Source: a virus
DNA: 64,000 nt
IMG/VR virus record: IMGVR_UViG_3300025030_000064
Location: 1 to 64,000 of that record
Direction: 5' to 3' (one strand)
In this document: one piece after another, positions 56,901 to 64,000 of the stretch
How positions within the stretch are numbered: position 1 is the stretch's first letter
How the letters are laid out: the number at the start of each line of letters is the position of its first letter
Translations under genes and position numbers: made by a program
Notes under the pieces: generated by a model
Told to the model about the DNA's origin: nothing
The model's input: the letters and a program-made list of their open reading frames with translations, nothing else
Database searches by the model: none

Positions 56901-59830
56901 ATAATAAGGGTAAAGTTCATAATGTAGATTATGATGCATTATATGAAGGTATAAAGAACGATAAGCTTGTACTGTCTGATGAGATCATAGAACAGATGAT
57001 GAAGTCTGACGTAGGAGTAGTGACTGTCCTTAAAGCTGCAAAAGGAAAATATGACATACAAGAGAATAGGGATATGAATAGATATTCCTCACAGTGGAAG
57101 AGTCATAAAGAGAATATGGATGGAAAAGAAGGAGTAGGTATCCAGGCAGCTATAATGAGAAACTTTGCTTATGCTATATATGCTAATGAAGGAAACAACA
57201 TAGCTATTACTAAAGGTAATAAAGGAGCAAGTAAATCATTTACTGTAATGGGAAAAACTTATGGTCCTATTAAAGGTGGAAGTAAGGTTTTTGATAATGG
57301 TGATACTCTTATTAATAGTTATGTAGATAACTCAAAGGAACAGACTACTGAATATCTTAATGCTACAGGAGTAACGATGAATTATATTGCTGCAAATGTT
57401 CAGAAAGAGATGGGATTAAAAGATGTGTCATTCCTTACTAATCAACCTATCTTAAGAACTATTGGTGCTATATCATTATATACTGATGCTGCAATAAAGA
57501 GATATGTAAAACAGATAGACGATATCACAGGAGAGGTATCAGATGGTGAACTTTCATTTAAAGAACTATTAGAAGGAATAAGAGATACACGTACTGTTGA
57601 TCAGATGATAAAAGCAAAAGATAAGAATGCTCTTACCACACAGAGAAAAGTATTACGTCTTTTTATAAGCAACAAACAAGATGTTGGTACTCTTAGAAAG
57701 ATAGGTAATGTTCTTAGTTCATTAAGAGAAGTTCCAGTATCTTTTACAGAGATACAAGACTTATTGAATGATGCTATTTATATCAATGGAGATAACTCTT
57801 CAGTAAAGACAAAGAATAAGATTACTGACATTCCACATATTAAAGAATCAGTAGAAACAGTAAGTCTTGCACAGAAGATACTATCTCAGGTAATGGGTAA
57901 GTATAATCCTAAAGTTACTGCTATAGTAAATGAGGCTATGGCTGTTGGTGGACTTGATGAAGATATGTTAGAGGAACAGTCAGGAATAAGTCAGCAAGAG
58001 GAATATGTCAGAAATGAGTTTGAAGGATTTGTGATGTCCTCTATCTTAGAAAGACTAGAAAAAGATGGTGAGATAGAGAGGTTAGATAAGATAGGGATAA
58101 GTTATAATGGTAAACTTGTCAATAGTAACGAGGTAAAGGCACTAGATAATAACATAACTTTCCTATCTAATAATGAGATAATGATACAAGAACAGATAGA
58201 TAAGATAAAAGAGATATTGAAAGATAATACAGTAAGACAAAATAATATCTTTCTTATGATGTTCAATATATCTATTAGTTCTAAGCCTTGGAATAAAGGA
58301 GTACAGTCATTAAGATACGATGCTGGTACTTCATTAGATCCTGATTTTGATATAGCATTACAGAAAGGATTCATGGCTTTACCTGATGACTATAAGAAAG
58401 CATTTAGATTATATGATCTTCTTGTTAACAAGTCAAGGTTTGGCTTTAAAGGTTATTCTACAGTAGTTCCTGTAATAGGAGATGAGATAGGAGATGCTAA
58501 GACAACGAGTAAATGGGATAATCTTAAATACTTTGATACTTTATACAATGAGAAATTAAAGAGCATACTTGCATTAGAAGATATGTCTGCTATAACAAGT
58601 AACTTTATCCATCAACATATCTTTAATAATTCAGATAAGTTATTTAATGACCTTGCTAATGGATTAGAGGTAAAAGAAAAGGAAAATATTCTGACTGGCA
58701 TGGGGAATATCTCTAAAGATGTATATGACTTATATGAAGTGTTAAATGGAGAAAGGTCATTATATGCTAAAAAGAATGACAGTATTTATGAATCACAAGG
58801 AATATACACTACTAATGAAAAGGTTTATACTATCTATAAGATGGTAGGAAAGAGAAATAAGATAGGAACCTATACTTATAATAGTGCATTTGAAACAGAG
58901 AAGTATGTCCCTGGAGAAATCGATACTGTTCTTATACCTAAAATATTCAATAAACTTAAAGAAGGAAGTATAAGAGAAACTAATTCATATTCTTATACTA
59001 AAAAAGAAGGTATTAATCCAGCTAAGACAATTTCAGAGAACGAAAGAGTAGTAGCTAATTCCATTACCGGAGAGAAGATGAAGATAACCTATGAGAGAAA
59101 GGTAGTTGTTAATGATAATGAGGTTAAAGTAACAGAGGTATATACTAATCCAAGAATACAGTATCAATATGTTGCTGACGAAATACCTTATACAGACATA
59201 CAAATAATTGAGTTGTTAGAACTATTATCTGACAAGTATGGTAATATAGAAACAAGCTCAGATAAGTTCGTAGAAGTACTTAATAAGACTTTAGGATATA
59301 GTGTGCCAAGGAATAACTATCCTGCAGCTTTTATCTATAGAAATAAGGTTTATATTAACACTACTGGATATGGTAAGAAGATAAGTCTTGATACACCTAT
59401 TCATGAGATAGCACATATCTATATTAATGATCTTAAAGAATCCAATCCTCAACTATACAGAGAACTTGTAAAAGAGTTAAAGAATAGTAATGAAGGTAAT
59501 GCTATTATAGAAAAGATAAGAGTAGCCAGAGAGTCTAACGAAGAGTTTAGAAACAGTGTAGGATTAGAGAGAGATATAATAGAAGAGGCTGTAGTTACTT
59601 ATATCGGAAGGATAGGGGCCAAGATAATTAATGGTACCGTAACGAAAGTAGAACAGTCTTTATGGGATAAGATAATGGCATTTATAAAAGCTTTTTTTAG
59701 TATTAATAAAAACAACTTAACTTTACAGAATATAGCAAAAGACATTCTTGATCCTAATAAAAAGATAAGATTGTATTTATCAAAAGAAGAAAGAGAAAGT
59801 ATCATGGAAGAATTCAAACATTGTTTTTAA
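44963..59830 (+). CDS. Giant virion RNA polymerase polyprotein (double-psi-barrel RNAP, SF1 helicase, two zincin domains, GNAT-like insert)
   Basis: Catalytic GSDFDVD (DFDVD at 56495-56509), RIPTTG, TDG, VDNSK; GIGGTGKS/VIDE/GDQNQL/YQTLSRA; HEVFH and HEIAH; KYQNKGYG. Confidence 0.9.
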   Translation: MRKDLYQSILNAQKNNVDTESGIPTQSRRVYGRSFVGDLVGKSQYDKGFISQDWYETTPSDINEYRGQNQPWYDQLGNAGMRTLSELSVGTIKGMTDIPDMLKMLFSEDGMADVATKEFQNEISRSLGETEEQVNEAFPIYRTQHNKGFSPLHFSWWMEGVPSAASTASMFIPIFGSGKIASMIGRYGTKMFTGIKMAKNAEAILSTFVGTTFGNQIETYQQWQPQAIELRDKMIQNGMSEEEADVKIKEEGWKNLVGNLANIPLDMIGAYHMFKPIGGISPLKKDFWKMSGSGPRTIYEKPSVLGTVRKEMIPEAIQESNNYYNQERANRNVDISLGLSTKDYTLSEAMTDPEFWTATAYGGLGSLAFTGASNIGRQVSDNASYLMDSEKMKELSKEQKAKGLNIFSNVGKAFITGETSTETSIYQKQQEILKPIMDNIIKLSDIKNVADMTGDMAVYDQSRAALETEHVLLHMHRGTFGKYMENVDKMQSVLNEQEDYVKKQLEQTPDDVNLQQYLNNIKETKQLVDKSKPELLLKEQDFISAINNHNINDSSRIGEFVRTKSEIRQVKKDMNDALGHANAIYDYDDTTKYLVGTTERMREIQNEIEGLQKKVEESTKSVLTFFDKKKIRSLQDKLSNLGKKKDGTFDVNIKEDELRVLAKKTLKLLSLEDNVKDIINGKASEKIGIEDQILKEKKHEGLKNYMFGNTTNKGIYDKVEEQYNEERLINMQPLNDKIIENQLENGITIKDISSQAVANNATVSESAKTSLRDKITNDVDAAVNSVLPLLPNETLEGLKSALRDKETLESVMQDEFSNSIPNASKIIKTLSPFIGYKQTIEKINSLDSKEKEIRSEEDILTDILKSDISAIKSIVSNIENDSNNADESLLRTVHNNLVNIHNFLINDKRYEDVDKTKLIESVEKLEKKIEGLFQEMNKRRDNEEARQIEAYNSWMRSISSGLKELGLKEVTNTKELYEALESLKKDDKLKSDLEIWLKEGLSELNKLSGLEGTKDMVNLDAFINSSKLLGGNPVIAETSSFAKYKISLNVNDIDVSEFPDRTIQQRQQAAEIINQYKKVKGLQVLSGMVNSTITIKDVVSDINKWLDKNPSVAPFTEQDVVIRTALLYLFNEDIDIVNLQGIGGTGKSKLVTKIVSDIFRERNGNESVVAFGEGFRANEIINESLFGDQGKDLLSFNRDGSLKDEKAFEEAIRGKKLLVIDEIGRLNKEKYITISRLLLKIQRENKGFKILLTGDQNQLSGHKFPTMRIDNPGFDLTKYIIQLPALAIPQRTNNTEVQRLQDVFNGAGGRNVFEDTLNYMHDSRDTNGVAHVTGPLEFENTIASKTLLDDKKKRAIITTDDKVQYYKGKFPTTEVLTVGEVEGNKTGNAHGVEYNEVFVDVEYSAKYMMGVASYDKVNTMMYQTLSRATDYIMVLSDSWKGSDSITSIDNSSIAEEKKKKFAANRIAYETWIKEELSEMSDGKEEFVKQEETGVVIPEEEIIVDIIDEEDREDGDVLVEQPIAEEEKNEVENTDALSLHKQVLHGTEYKYEGVSAVEEGSIVESYYRSNAENDGIHKVYVYKKVDDNYVEVLTKNATISKEEAKKQGFFILPKEARVTPQGKSISTARVTYKHKLSLNYSKEGLPLNDTTVKKNEKIVKTRLNAKKIIGSDIITVDNKFIEKNTKSDKNPNAIIPNGFTLDKGKIYQIVTYDTKADKRKYAFIPMDTNKMSLDSVEVDMHGNVTEGSLSVLSNFANTISDFENQIEQLTGLEIVYGSNNPTEEKIGDSFIPEGRVFMDILDNTSIKEDGTIILKSKLKSSNAVIEELNKLDVEIKKDIVSQINDIRNSLYERKKETLVNIENAKKVDGSDNKYLVQGDSTRKPLGHNWRLIEGVTSLGHVSEDVFKDYSIVEVGKKDKHYELRRTFEFEGTEPLKGTPILYHVLIAQNLSSNAGVLEFDGKPEIEIFLVADTKDGVSEYHNDKTSQLTIRQRKISNLVFRNNKYNISDIRDNDIANIDSFNADIITAANDGINKRVRGPVQTAFNRIAKANRKIYLGTADVNKEGLYFETRKQISKRDGKESTNFISLTSFDGEDIFNKSDNKEGLLPLRDVVQTLIGTDENGVSTVNGSMGLKEQVRSNLVKKAFHPKDDANQTEVSNIKEALSNKITSKFNDVVPTFVLLEEEQEQISQEEISKPEVTSNVLISINNILSQSISDNDKILKLSDLLIANEDSAVVIGKYIDMLENKANDSTTDTEEIDPNDIIDRDYIPKRITTSRTVNASQVFNIAKTYIKDLSKEEVVVLSALDFEDQFGKMPIGKFVNGIIYLKENSDNTFDKETLKHEVFHKIFNQYLTPEAKNAILTVVRYSSEFSYVAENENRDVQSYSDIELEEYISLLYQKYDRGERKTSDNPLMQFIYDILGWLSDIIDTFYNTIKGNDKNSLYKLFRDINSGKVNTRMVNNGEVGRSSNLLLVTKHFPANTERSLEMYQQAKEFVKGLLYKYSVLNLDKPYSFIDEDGILQSNDIGLHEALESVKYLSKAKAKKAKVQPSSENKFLEHLTIEKNGRYPVIEWVMSEVSNIDKEMLLEMKKLNAEKIRSEVADITSATLDDEIMDNALKNWEKNISQELKEMLSFIKINRINYKGISLGLDNKGDWYDILLDGNIIGEYKLYLAKGNDDNYSISIKINEKYQNKGYGQIVHILVADKISIKYNKSLYSDWTNSIKEINALNALIKKRYAEKISDYGELKDGVYSSDKRSVRIKTSLELSKFINSRRAFILVLNNLRKLDFRTYNKDWTTILQQITEAKEGMVEGSYDYVAMSAIEDLIKKANELYKLGDRSYSWVDGFSIIGNNAYVDGKVIEKGLNSKQWFEDILKAIKKSDNVMSGLKEFVTKPTDNFIVGYISRYYRKAQAEDIVGKLYHQLYSLVENNPYTLLESLKSYDGNVTGDIKLVRRNPNGILDATMMDIWSALYNLHVSAKNNDKAVKSKYDEIVNIIVNKKYGKAYKKKGGGLNAEGLKHVFNLMNYPFDATGYKETELTSIITQLGHIFNYDSSTIMNDDFDVALSNSSNRIRNIASILIKNSELVRAQNYLNFEGKKIYLNVSGSWFFDVMTSILKGYNSRPDYLKADNYITRNNIFDQKSKNPINTIYEYNNVDGYTNTDKDYSIGINKYTDRTYHLTRFLGNFISTVSLQNDQTNLTYFQSTQTQADRKDMAAVRVNILSKYDLLKGIKKATEFESERDKVLKDTRTNANNLSAKKFNQSPDDIYKRLEKEAEEDFNEFMESISYTNKQGKEVDELYKWEGKINTAFNKVFGSDYKGIENLTLKDKAKLLFNTFSLNNYVNGFHLDMLLTGDPALLGKSGNLVKRMKMLKASGNKMMIGKDYASPTSDYVVFNDHEEFYTQLRDIDKSFGGLYDKKIDTTDGVTFVLPETMDEIRKGTRDESIGPLLKNVIAYVDNNGIPYYIKTATVELTDALVTMMPELNKQRDIMRNAGIKHLIAKSSMKMAMPIKEDIVNWGDNILDNHKRVLDNQYYRVQSNPLSEAEYITNPSQMMYWLNTNGLSNDEAAIAYQADADIMSLQWKVYNAKRKIIDENGIVNEDNLRKAIIANLGPDNEKITDMLFNGLSLNYPAITGKMTIQIASILSKQRSTIKHSGNKFVLAPAIGNYVYQIGDEVLSYDKLKDKSTADMFFEIPSFQVRNALIDTVDLLTRPEGKEWVGKYLNEFDWVKDLSEENRKIFDEHLAHYKDGKMLIPRKLRMRDSKGFTEVIMPREFAQKYDLKTGEKVILNAKISKLLAEAIGVRIPTTGIHSTIAIKVIGINESTNRIIAPDELVAIHGSDFDVDSLFIMKREVDELGYPIGYTKEGVWNEAYEIEVNAMEEGKDKWKLQIALAKNKKFDAIQNVLTKEENREDMNKPISLDPIKNDIFKGISKNDYQQWLEMLNDTIENFKEFFNEQLEQNVSIEIREQLPTLFDNKGKVHNVDYDALYEGIKNDKLVLSDEIIEQMMKSDVGVVTVLKAAKGKYDIQENRDMNRYSSQWKSHKENMDGKEGVGIQAAIMRNFAYAIYANEGNNIAITKGNKGASKSFTVMGKTYGPIKGGSKVFDNGDTLINSYVDNSKEQTTEYLNATGVTMNYIAANVQKEMGLKDVSFLTNQPILRTIGAISLYTDAAIKRYVKQIDDITGEVSDGELSFKELLEGIRDTRTVDQMIKAKDKNALTTQRKVLRLFISNKQDVGTLRKIGNVLSSLREVPVSFTEIQDLLNDAIYINGDNSSVKTKNKITDIPHIKESVETVSLAQKILSQVMGKYNPKVTAIVNEAMAVGGLDEDMLEEQSGISQQEEYVRNEFEGFVMSSILERLEKDGEIERLDKIGISYNGKLVNSNEVKALDNNITFLSNNEIMIQEQIDKIKEILKDNTVRQNNIFLMMFNISISSKPWNKGVQSLRYDAGTSLDPDFDIALQKGFMALPDDYKKAFRLYDLLVNKSRFGFKGYSTVVPVIGDEIGDAKTTSKWDNLKYFDTLYNEKLKSILALEDMSAITSNFIHQHIFNNSDKLFNDLANGLEVKEKENILTGMGNISKDVYDLYEVLNGERSLYAKKNDSIYESQGIYTTNEKVYTIYKMVGKRNKIGTYTYNSAFETEKYVPGEIDTVLIPKIFNKLKEGSIRETNSYSYTKKEGINPAKTISENERVVANSITGEKMKITYERKVVVNDNEVKVTEVYTNPRIQYQYVADEIPYTDIQIIELLELLSDKYGNIETSSDKFVEVLNKTLGYSVPRNNYPAAFIYRNKVYINTTGYGKKISLDTPIHEIAHIYINDLKESNPQLYRELVKELKNSNEGNAIIEKIRVARESNEEFRNSVGLERDIIEEAVVTYIGRIGAKIINGTVTKVEQSLWDKIMAFIKAFFSINKNNLTLQNIAKDILDPNKKIRLYLSKEERESIMEEFKHCF

Positions 59831-59839
59831 TTAAGTCAT

Positions 59840-62800
59840 ATGGCAAATCTATGTCCACCATTACACACTTCTGAATGGAAACACTTTCAGAGTAGATTTA
59901 ATAATATAGGAGAAGCTCTTCATGTATGGAAAACACATGATTTTAGAATACCTTCTAATATTGAATTAGCAAGAGAATATGGTATGATGGCTAGACTTAA
60001 GAGACAGCCAGATACTAAAGAAGAAAAAGAGAAAAAGGATATTGAGTTTAATAAACAGTATGATGACTATATTTCAACTAATGATAATGTTTATTATTTA
60101 TCTGAAGAAGATGCTATAAATAACTATAATGAGTTAAAAGATAAATATCCTAGTTTATATTTCGAACTAACAAGTAAGTTTCATCTTAAACCAAATACTG
60201 TAGGAGAGAAAGCTTATTTTACTTTATGGAAGTTAGAAGCTAGAGATGTTCGGTTTTTCCCAGGTATTAAGTTCCATTATACAGGTAATGATAATAAGAC
60301 TGATGAGAATAGTAAGTTTTATATTAATGGACTAGGAAAGAAGTCAGAGAGAAATAGTTCTTATATAGAAGATTTTATATTGCCAGAGAAAGACAATAAT
60401 GATATTGATCCTTCATATAGAAGAGCAAGAATAAGTGCAGAGAATTATCTTAGAAATAATGGTATAGATATAGGTTTTAAAGACTATAAAGAATATGTAG
60501 TAGATAGCAGACCTAATGACAAACTTACTTTTGATGAATATGTACAACATATAAAAAATAGTGGAGAAAAAGGAAGATTAATAGGTAAGGTATTTCATAA
60601 ACATCAAGAGATAGGTGCAACACCTACGGTAGAGAATAAAAAAGAGTTATCTATATTAGAATCAAGATATGGTAATACTGATAAGGATATTAAAGAATTA
60701 GAGAAGTTACAAGAGATATCAGAGAAGTATTATGAGAATCATGTAAAGCCAATGGTTACTGGAGCTTTAGATTTTGATTTCGAATTGCCGGTATCAATAA
60801 CAGGACTTGACTATACCTTTAATGATGGATTATCAGAAGTGAAGTCTGATACTGTTACAGGAGCTATAGATGCAGTATTTAAATATGATAAACATAAGTA
60901 TAGGATTATAGATTTTAAAACAGGATATATCAATCCTGATGAACCTGGGCCATTATTAAGAAAAGATTCTAAGTTAAGAAGTAATAACTATACTCATGGT
61001 ATGCTTAAGATTGTTCTTAATGCTATACAGTTTAAATCTTCTGTAGATAGAAATGCTAAGTTTGATGATATAGCATTATATAATGCAGATTTAAAGAATG
61101 GAAACAACTATATCTATTCTATCATGGGTAGTGAGAGTAGAATGTCAGAGTTGCAATTATTCCTTGATGAATGGGCTTATCATTTTAGGACTACACAGTC
61201 AGAATGGTATAAGAACAATAAAGACCTTTTCTCTTCAAATAATTATATAGCAGTTCCGGAAGAAGATAAAAAATTAATAGATAATCAACAGGCTATTGAT
61301 GATCTTATGGTATCATTAAATAACCTTGTAGAAAGAAGAATGTCTAAAGGATTAACAGAAGCTGAAGAAGATCAAGTAAGAAGTATTATCGATTCTATTT
61401 CTTTTCTTACAACTAAATCTACTCCTTTATCACAGGGTACCTTTGTTAGCAATAAAGGATCTATAGAGAGTAAAGGTATGCACTTCTTAGAAACATGGAC
61501 ATTAGGTATAAAAGACAAGAGTAATCCTTTAGTTCAGGTAATCAATAAGCTTCATTCAGAGAGGTCATTTAAATATAATAAGGAATATCTTTCCATGATA
61601 CAGGAATACCAAAGAAGATTAACTAAGTTATCAAAAAAGACAGCAGTACATGTAGGAGTAAGCTATAAGGATATTTATGACTTTATGTGGGTAAAGAAAG
61701 AAGATAGTGAAGATGGTATTATAAAAGGTGGAGAATATCTTACTACCTGGAGAGAAGAAGAGAAATGGAAGAGTCTTACTGCAGAACAGAAAGACTTTGT
61801 TAATTATCATAGATGGTTTATAAGATATAATCTCTTTGCTACTATGGACCCAAGAGAAGGTGTAAAATATATCAATAGTGAGTTAAGAGATAGAAAAGAT
61901 TTAAGTGAAGATGATATAAAGTATTTAAAGAATCAGATTGATGAATTAAATAAGTTACCTGATCTTAATAAATTTGCAACAGCTGGAATGAAATGGTTTA
62001 CATATTATGAAGGATGGACACCAAGAGTAATACGTCAACCAGAAGAAGAACAGAATATCCAAAAACATTTAGGTAATATCTTTAAAAATACATGGAGATT
62101 CAATCAGGATGATCTTGCTTCAGTTATTAAAGATAGAGATAGTCAAAACTACATAGGTTTACTAATAAAGTATATGGGTAAAGCTAATGCTCCACAGTTA
62201 CAGGAAACAGATTATACATACAACCCTGAGATAATAGCAGTATCTTTTTATGATAATATGTCAAAGAAAAGACATTTTGATGATGTACATAATCTATCTA
62301 ATGCTATAGTACATATTCTTACTGAGATAAATCATAAAGCTAATTCTAAAGAGATAAAGAATATTATCAATTATACTAGTGAGTTTGCTAATCAGATAGC
62401 TGACATGAAAGCTAATGAGCTTAATGAGACAACAAAGAGAATAGTATCATTAAAGAACTTAGTAGGCTTTACTTCATTAGCATTACGATTCTTATCTCCT
62501 ATGAGAACAGGTGTTACTCAACAGATAGGATTAACTAATCGTGCAGTAGCAGGAACTATATCACGTTTATTAGCTGATAAGATGGGTATAGATAAGAAGA
62601 ATATAGATTTCTCCGGAAGGAATGTTGCAAAGGTTACCAGTATCACTTCTCGATTAATGAAAGATATGGTATGGGGAAGAGATAAGTTGAATAAGAATAA
62701 GATGCACTTCTTTAATAATATCTTTGGTAATACAGTAGAGTCTTATACTAATATGGCTTATAATAAAAGTAAGATGGTATCTGCTATGTCATTCTTATTA

Positions 62801-63925
62801 GGAAAAAAAATAACTCTTAATGGACTATATTTCATGTATAGAATATGGGATATAATAACCTATTCACAATACCTATCTGATCAGTTATTAGACATGAAGG
62901 TTCCTTCTAAGGATGGTAAGACTATGATATCAATGTATGATGCCTATGAATTTAATGAAGAGAAACAAGCATTTGAATATGTAGGAGGAGCAAGAGGAAA
63001 GACAGTTGACGGTAGAATACTAACAGATATTACTTTTAAAGAAGTAGAGACAATGAAGACTGTTGGTAGGAAGTCATTAGGAGAAATGAGAAATGAAGAA
63101 AGATCTATAGCGGAGAATACTTTATTAGGATTATTATTCTTTCAATTCAAATGGTTCTATCCAGGCATGATGAATTCAGCATGGAAATCAAAACAGAAAA
63201 GTGCTTCATTGACAAAATGGATGGAGAATGGAGAATACTTTGTATCTGATGAAAATCACGTAGACTATAATAAGAATTTCAGTAGATATACAGATGATAC
63301 TAAGACTACAGAAACTGAATTATATAAAAAATATAAAGAATCAGGAACCCAGATACTACCAGTACTTATAGCTACTCAGATGACAGATGAAGGATATATG
63401 AGGACATTAGGTACTGTAGGAATGATGTTAAAACTATATGCTAAGAATCCTCAGAAGTTCAAAGACGAATGGAGTAACCTCTCAGACTATCAAAAACAGA
63501 ATATCATATTAGCAGGAGTTAAGTTAGCACAATGGATAAGTCTTGGTGTATTAGTTGGTCTTGCATTTGGTGGTGGTGGAGATGATGATAAAGGAAATAA
63601 GTGGTCATATAATCTATCAGCATTACAGAAAGAAACAGGATTTGAATTTATCTTTACAGACTTACAAGGACATGCTAATACTCTTACTTCATCAGCAACA
63701 ATAAAAACTACGGCTGACTTCTTAGGAGCTTTATATGAGTTCTCAGGAGCATTAATAACAGGAGATAAGATTGAGACAGGTCCACATGCTGGATGGTACA
63801 GAGGTCTTCCTATGACATTAAAGAAAGCGCCAGGTACTTCTATCTTCTATGATGTATGGAGAACAAAGTATGACTATGATGAATTTGAGAAGACATTAAG
63901 TAAGTGGGAGAGAGAGTACCATTAA
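59840..63925 (+). CDS. Large virion protein with a PD-(D/E)XK nuclease-like domain and a C-terminal hydrophobic segment
   Basis: GKVFH...FELPV...GAIDAVF...IIDFKTG; LGLLFFQFKWF; WISLGVLVGLAFGGGGDDD. Confidence 0.8.
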   Translation: MANLCPPLHTSEWKHFQSRFNNIGEALHVWKTHDFRIPSNIELAREYGMMARLKRQPDTKEEKEKKDIEFNKQYDDYISTNDNVYYLSEEDAINNYNELKDKYPSLYFELTSKFHLKPNTVGEKAYFTLWKLEARDVRFFPGIKFHYTGNDNKTDENSKFYINGLGKKSERNSSYIEDFILPEKDNNDIDPSYRRARISAENYLRNNGIDIGFKDYKEYVVDSRPNDKLTFDEYVQHIKNSGEKGRLIGKVFHKHQEIGATPTVENKKELSILESRYGNTDKDIKELEKLQEISEKYYENHVKPMVTGALDFDFELPVSITGLDYTFNDGLSEVKSDTVTGAIDAVFKYDKHKYRIIDFKTGYINPDEPGPLLRKDSKLRSNNYTHGMLKIVLNAIQFKSSVDRNAKFDDIALYNADLKNGNNYIYSIMGSESRMSELQLFLDEWAYHFRTTQSEWYKNNKDLFSSNNYIAVPEEDKKLIDNQQAIDDLMVSLNNLVERRMSKGLTEAEEDQVRSIIDSISFLTTKSTPLSQGTFVSNKGSIESKGMHFLETWTLGIKDKSNPLVQVINKLHSERSFKYNKEYLSMIQEYQRRLTKLSKKTAVHVGVSYKDIYDFMWVKKEDSEDGIIKGGEYLTTWREEEKWKSLTAEQKDFVNYHRWFIRYNLFATMDPREGVKYINSELRDRKDLSEDDIKYLKNQIDELNKLPDLNKFATAGMKWFTYYEGWTPRVIRQPEEEQNIQKHLGNIFKNTWRFNQDDLASVIKDRDSQNYIGLLIKYMGKANAPQLQETDYTYNPEIIAVSFYDNMSKKRHFDDVHNLSNAIVHILTEINHKANSKEIKNIINYTSEFANQIADMKANELNETTKRIVSLKNLVGFTSLALRFLSPMRTGVTQQIGLTNRAVAGTISRLLADKMGIDKKNIDFSGRNVAKVTSITSRLMKDMVWGRDKLNKNKMHFFNNIFGNTVESYTNMAYNKSKMVSAMSFLLGKKITLNGLYFMYRIWDIITYSQYLSDQLLDMKVPSKDGKTMISMYDAYEFNEEKQAFEYVGGARGKTVDGRILTDITFKEVETMKTVGRKSLGEMRNEERSIAENTLLGLLFFQFKWFYPGMMNSAWKSKQKSASLTKWMENGEYFVSDENHVDYNKNFSRYTDDTKTTETELYKKYKESGTQILPVLIATQMTDEGYMRTLGTVGMMLKLYAKNPQKFKDEWSNLSDYQKQNIILAGVKLAQWISLGVLVGLAFGGGGDDDKGNKWSYNLSALQKETGFEFIFTDLQGHANTLTSSATIKTTADFLGALYEFSGALITGDKIETGPHAGWYRGLPMTLKKAPGTSIFYDVWRTKYDYDEFEKTLSKWEREYH

Positions 63926-63963
63926 AAAAAAAATAGGGCAAAGCATTTCTGCCTCACCCTATT
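63924..63963 (-). terminator. Intrinsic terminator of a convergent minus-strand unit beyond the window
   Basis: Minus strand AUAGGGUGAGGCA-GAAA-UGCUUUGCCCUAU then a long U-run; wobbles are G-U only on the minus strand. Confidence 0.8.
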
Positions 63964-64000
63964 CAACCTATTTATAAAAACTAAACTAATCTATTTCATC

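Noticed and set aside
7409-59817. Numerous 60-160 aa minus-strand ORFs within the structural block
   Set aside because: They lie wholly antisense to long genes and have the Ser/Leu/Phe-rich composition of shadow frames.
10196-59830. Introns or inteins in terL, MCP or RNAP
   Set aside because: ORFs are continuous; no LAGLIDADG/HNH ORF or intein splice motif was noticed.
7422-63925. Stop-codon reassignment (TAG or TGA) as in some crAss-like phages
   Set aside because: Genes up to 4955 aa are uninterrupted in the standard code, TAG ends terL and MCP at expected lengths, and no suppressor tRNA is identifiable.

Overview
AT-rich genome segment of a crAss-like (Crassvirales-type) Bacteroidota phage in the standard genetic code. 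Positions 1-6.7 kb hold short minus-strand accessory or early genes: two tandem-repeat proteins, a HAD RNA-repair-like phosphatase and a SEC-C protein. Their intergenic spacers are packed with structured elements, including a ~200-nt multibranch RNA candidate, two related helix-closed elements and two aberrant tRNA-like genes. Near 5 kb there is a G-rich noncoding island with a perfect GGA-triloop hairpin. A divergent control region at 6.7-7.4 kb has Bacteroidota sigma-70 promoters and two further RNA candidates. From 7.4 kb to 63.9 kb a plus-strand virion block encodes a GroES-like protein, terminase, portal, a C39-like peptidase, scaffold, major capsid protein, ring/tail/fibre proteins, two signal-peptide proteins (one a SASA esterase), a lysis cassette, tail tube and muzzle proteins, a moron flanked by a duplicated gene end, and cargo proteins. 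It ends with a 4955-aa multidomain virion RNA polymerase and a PD-(D/E)XK-domain giant protein. All calls come from visual motif recognition and gene order; no database search or folding program was run.
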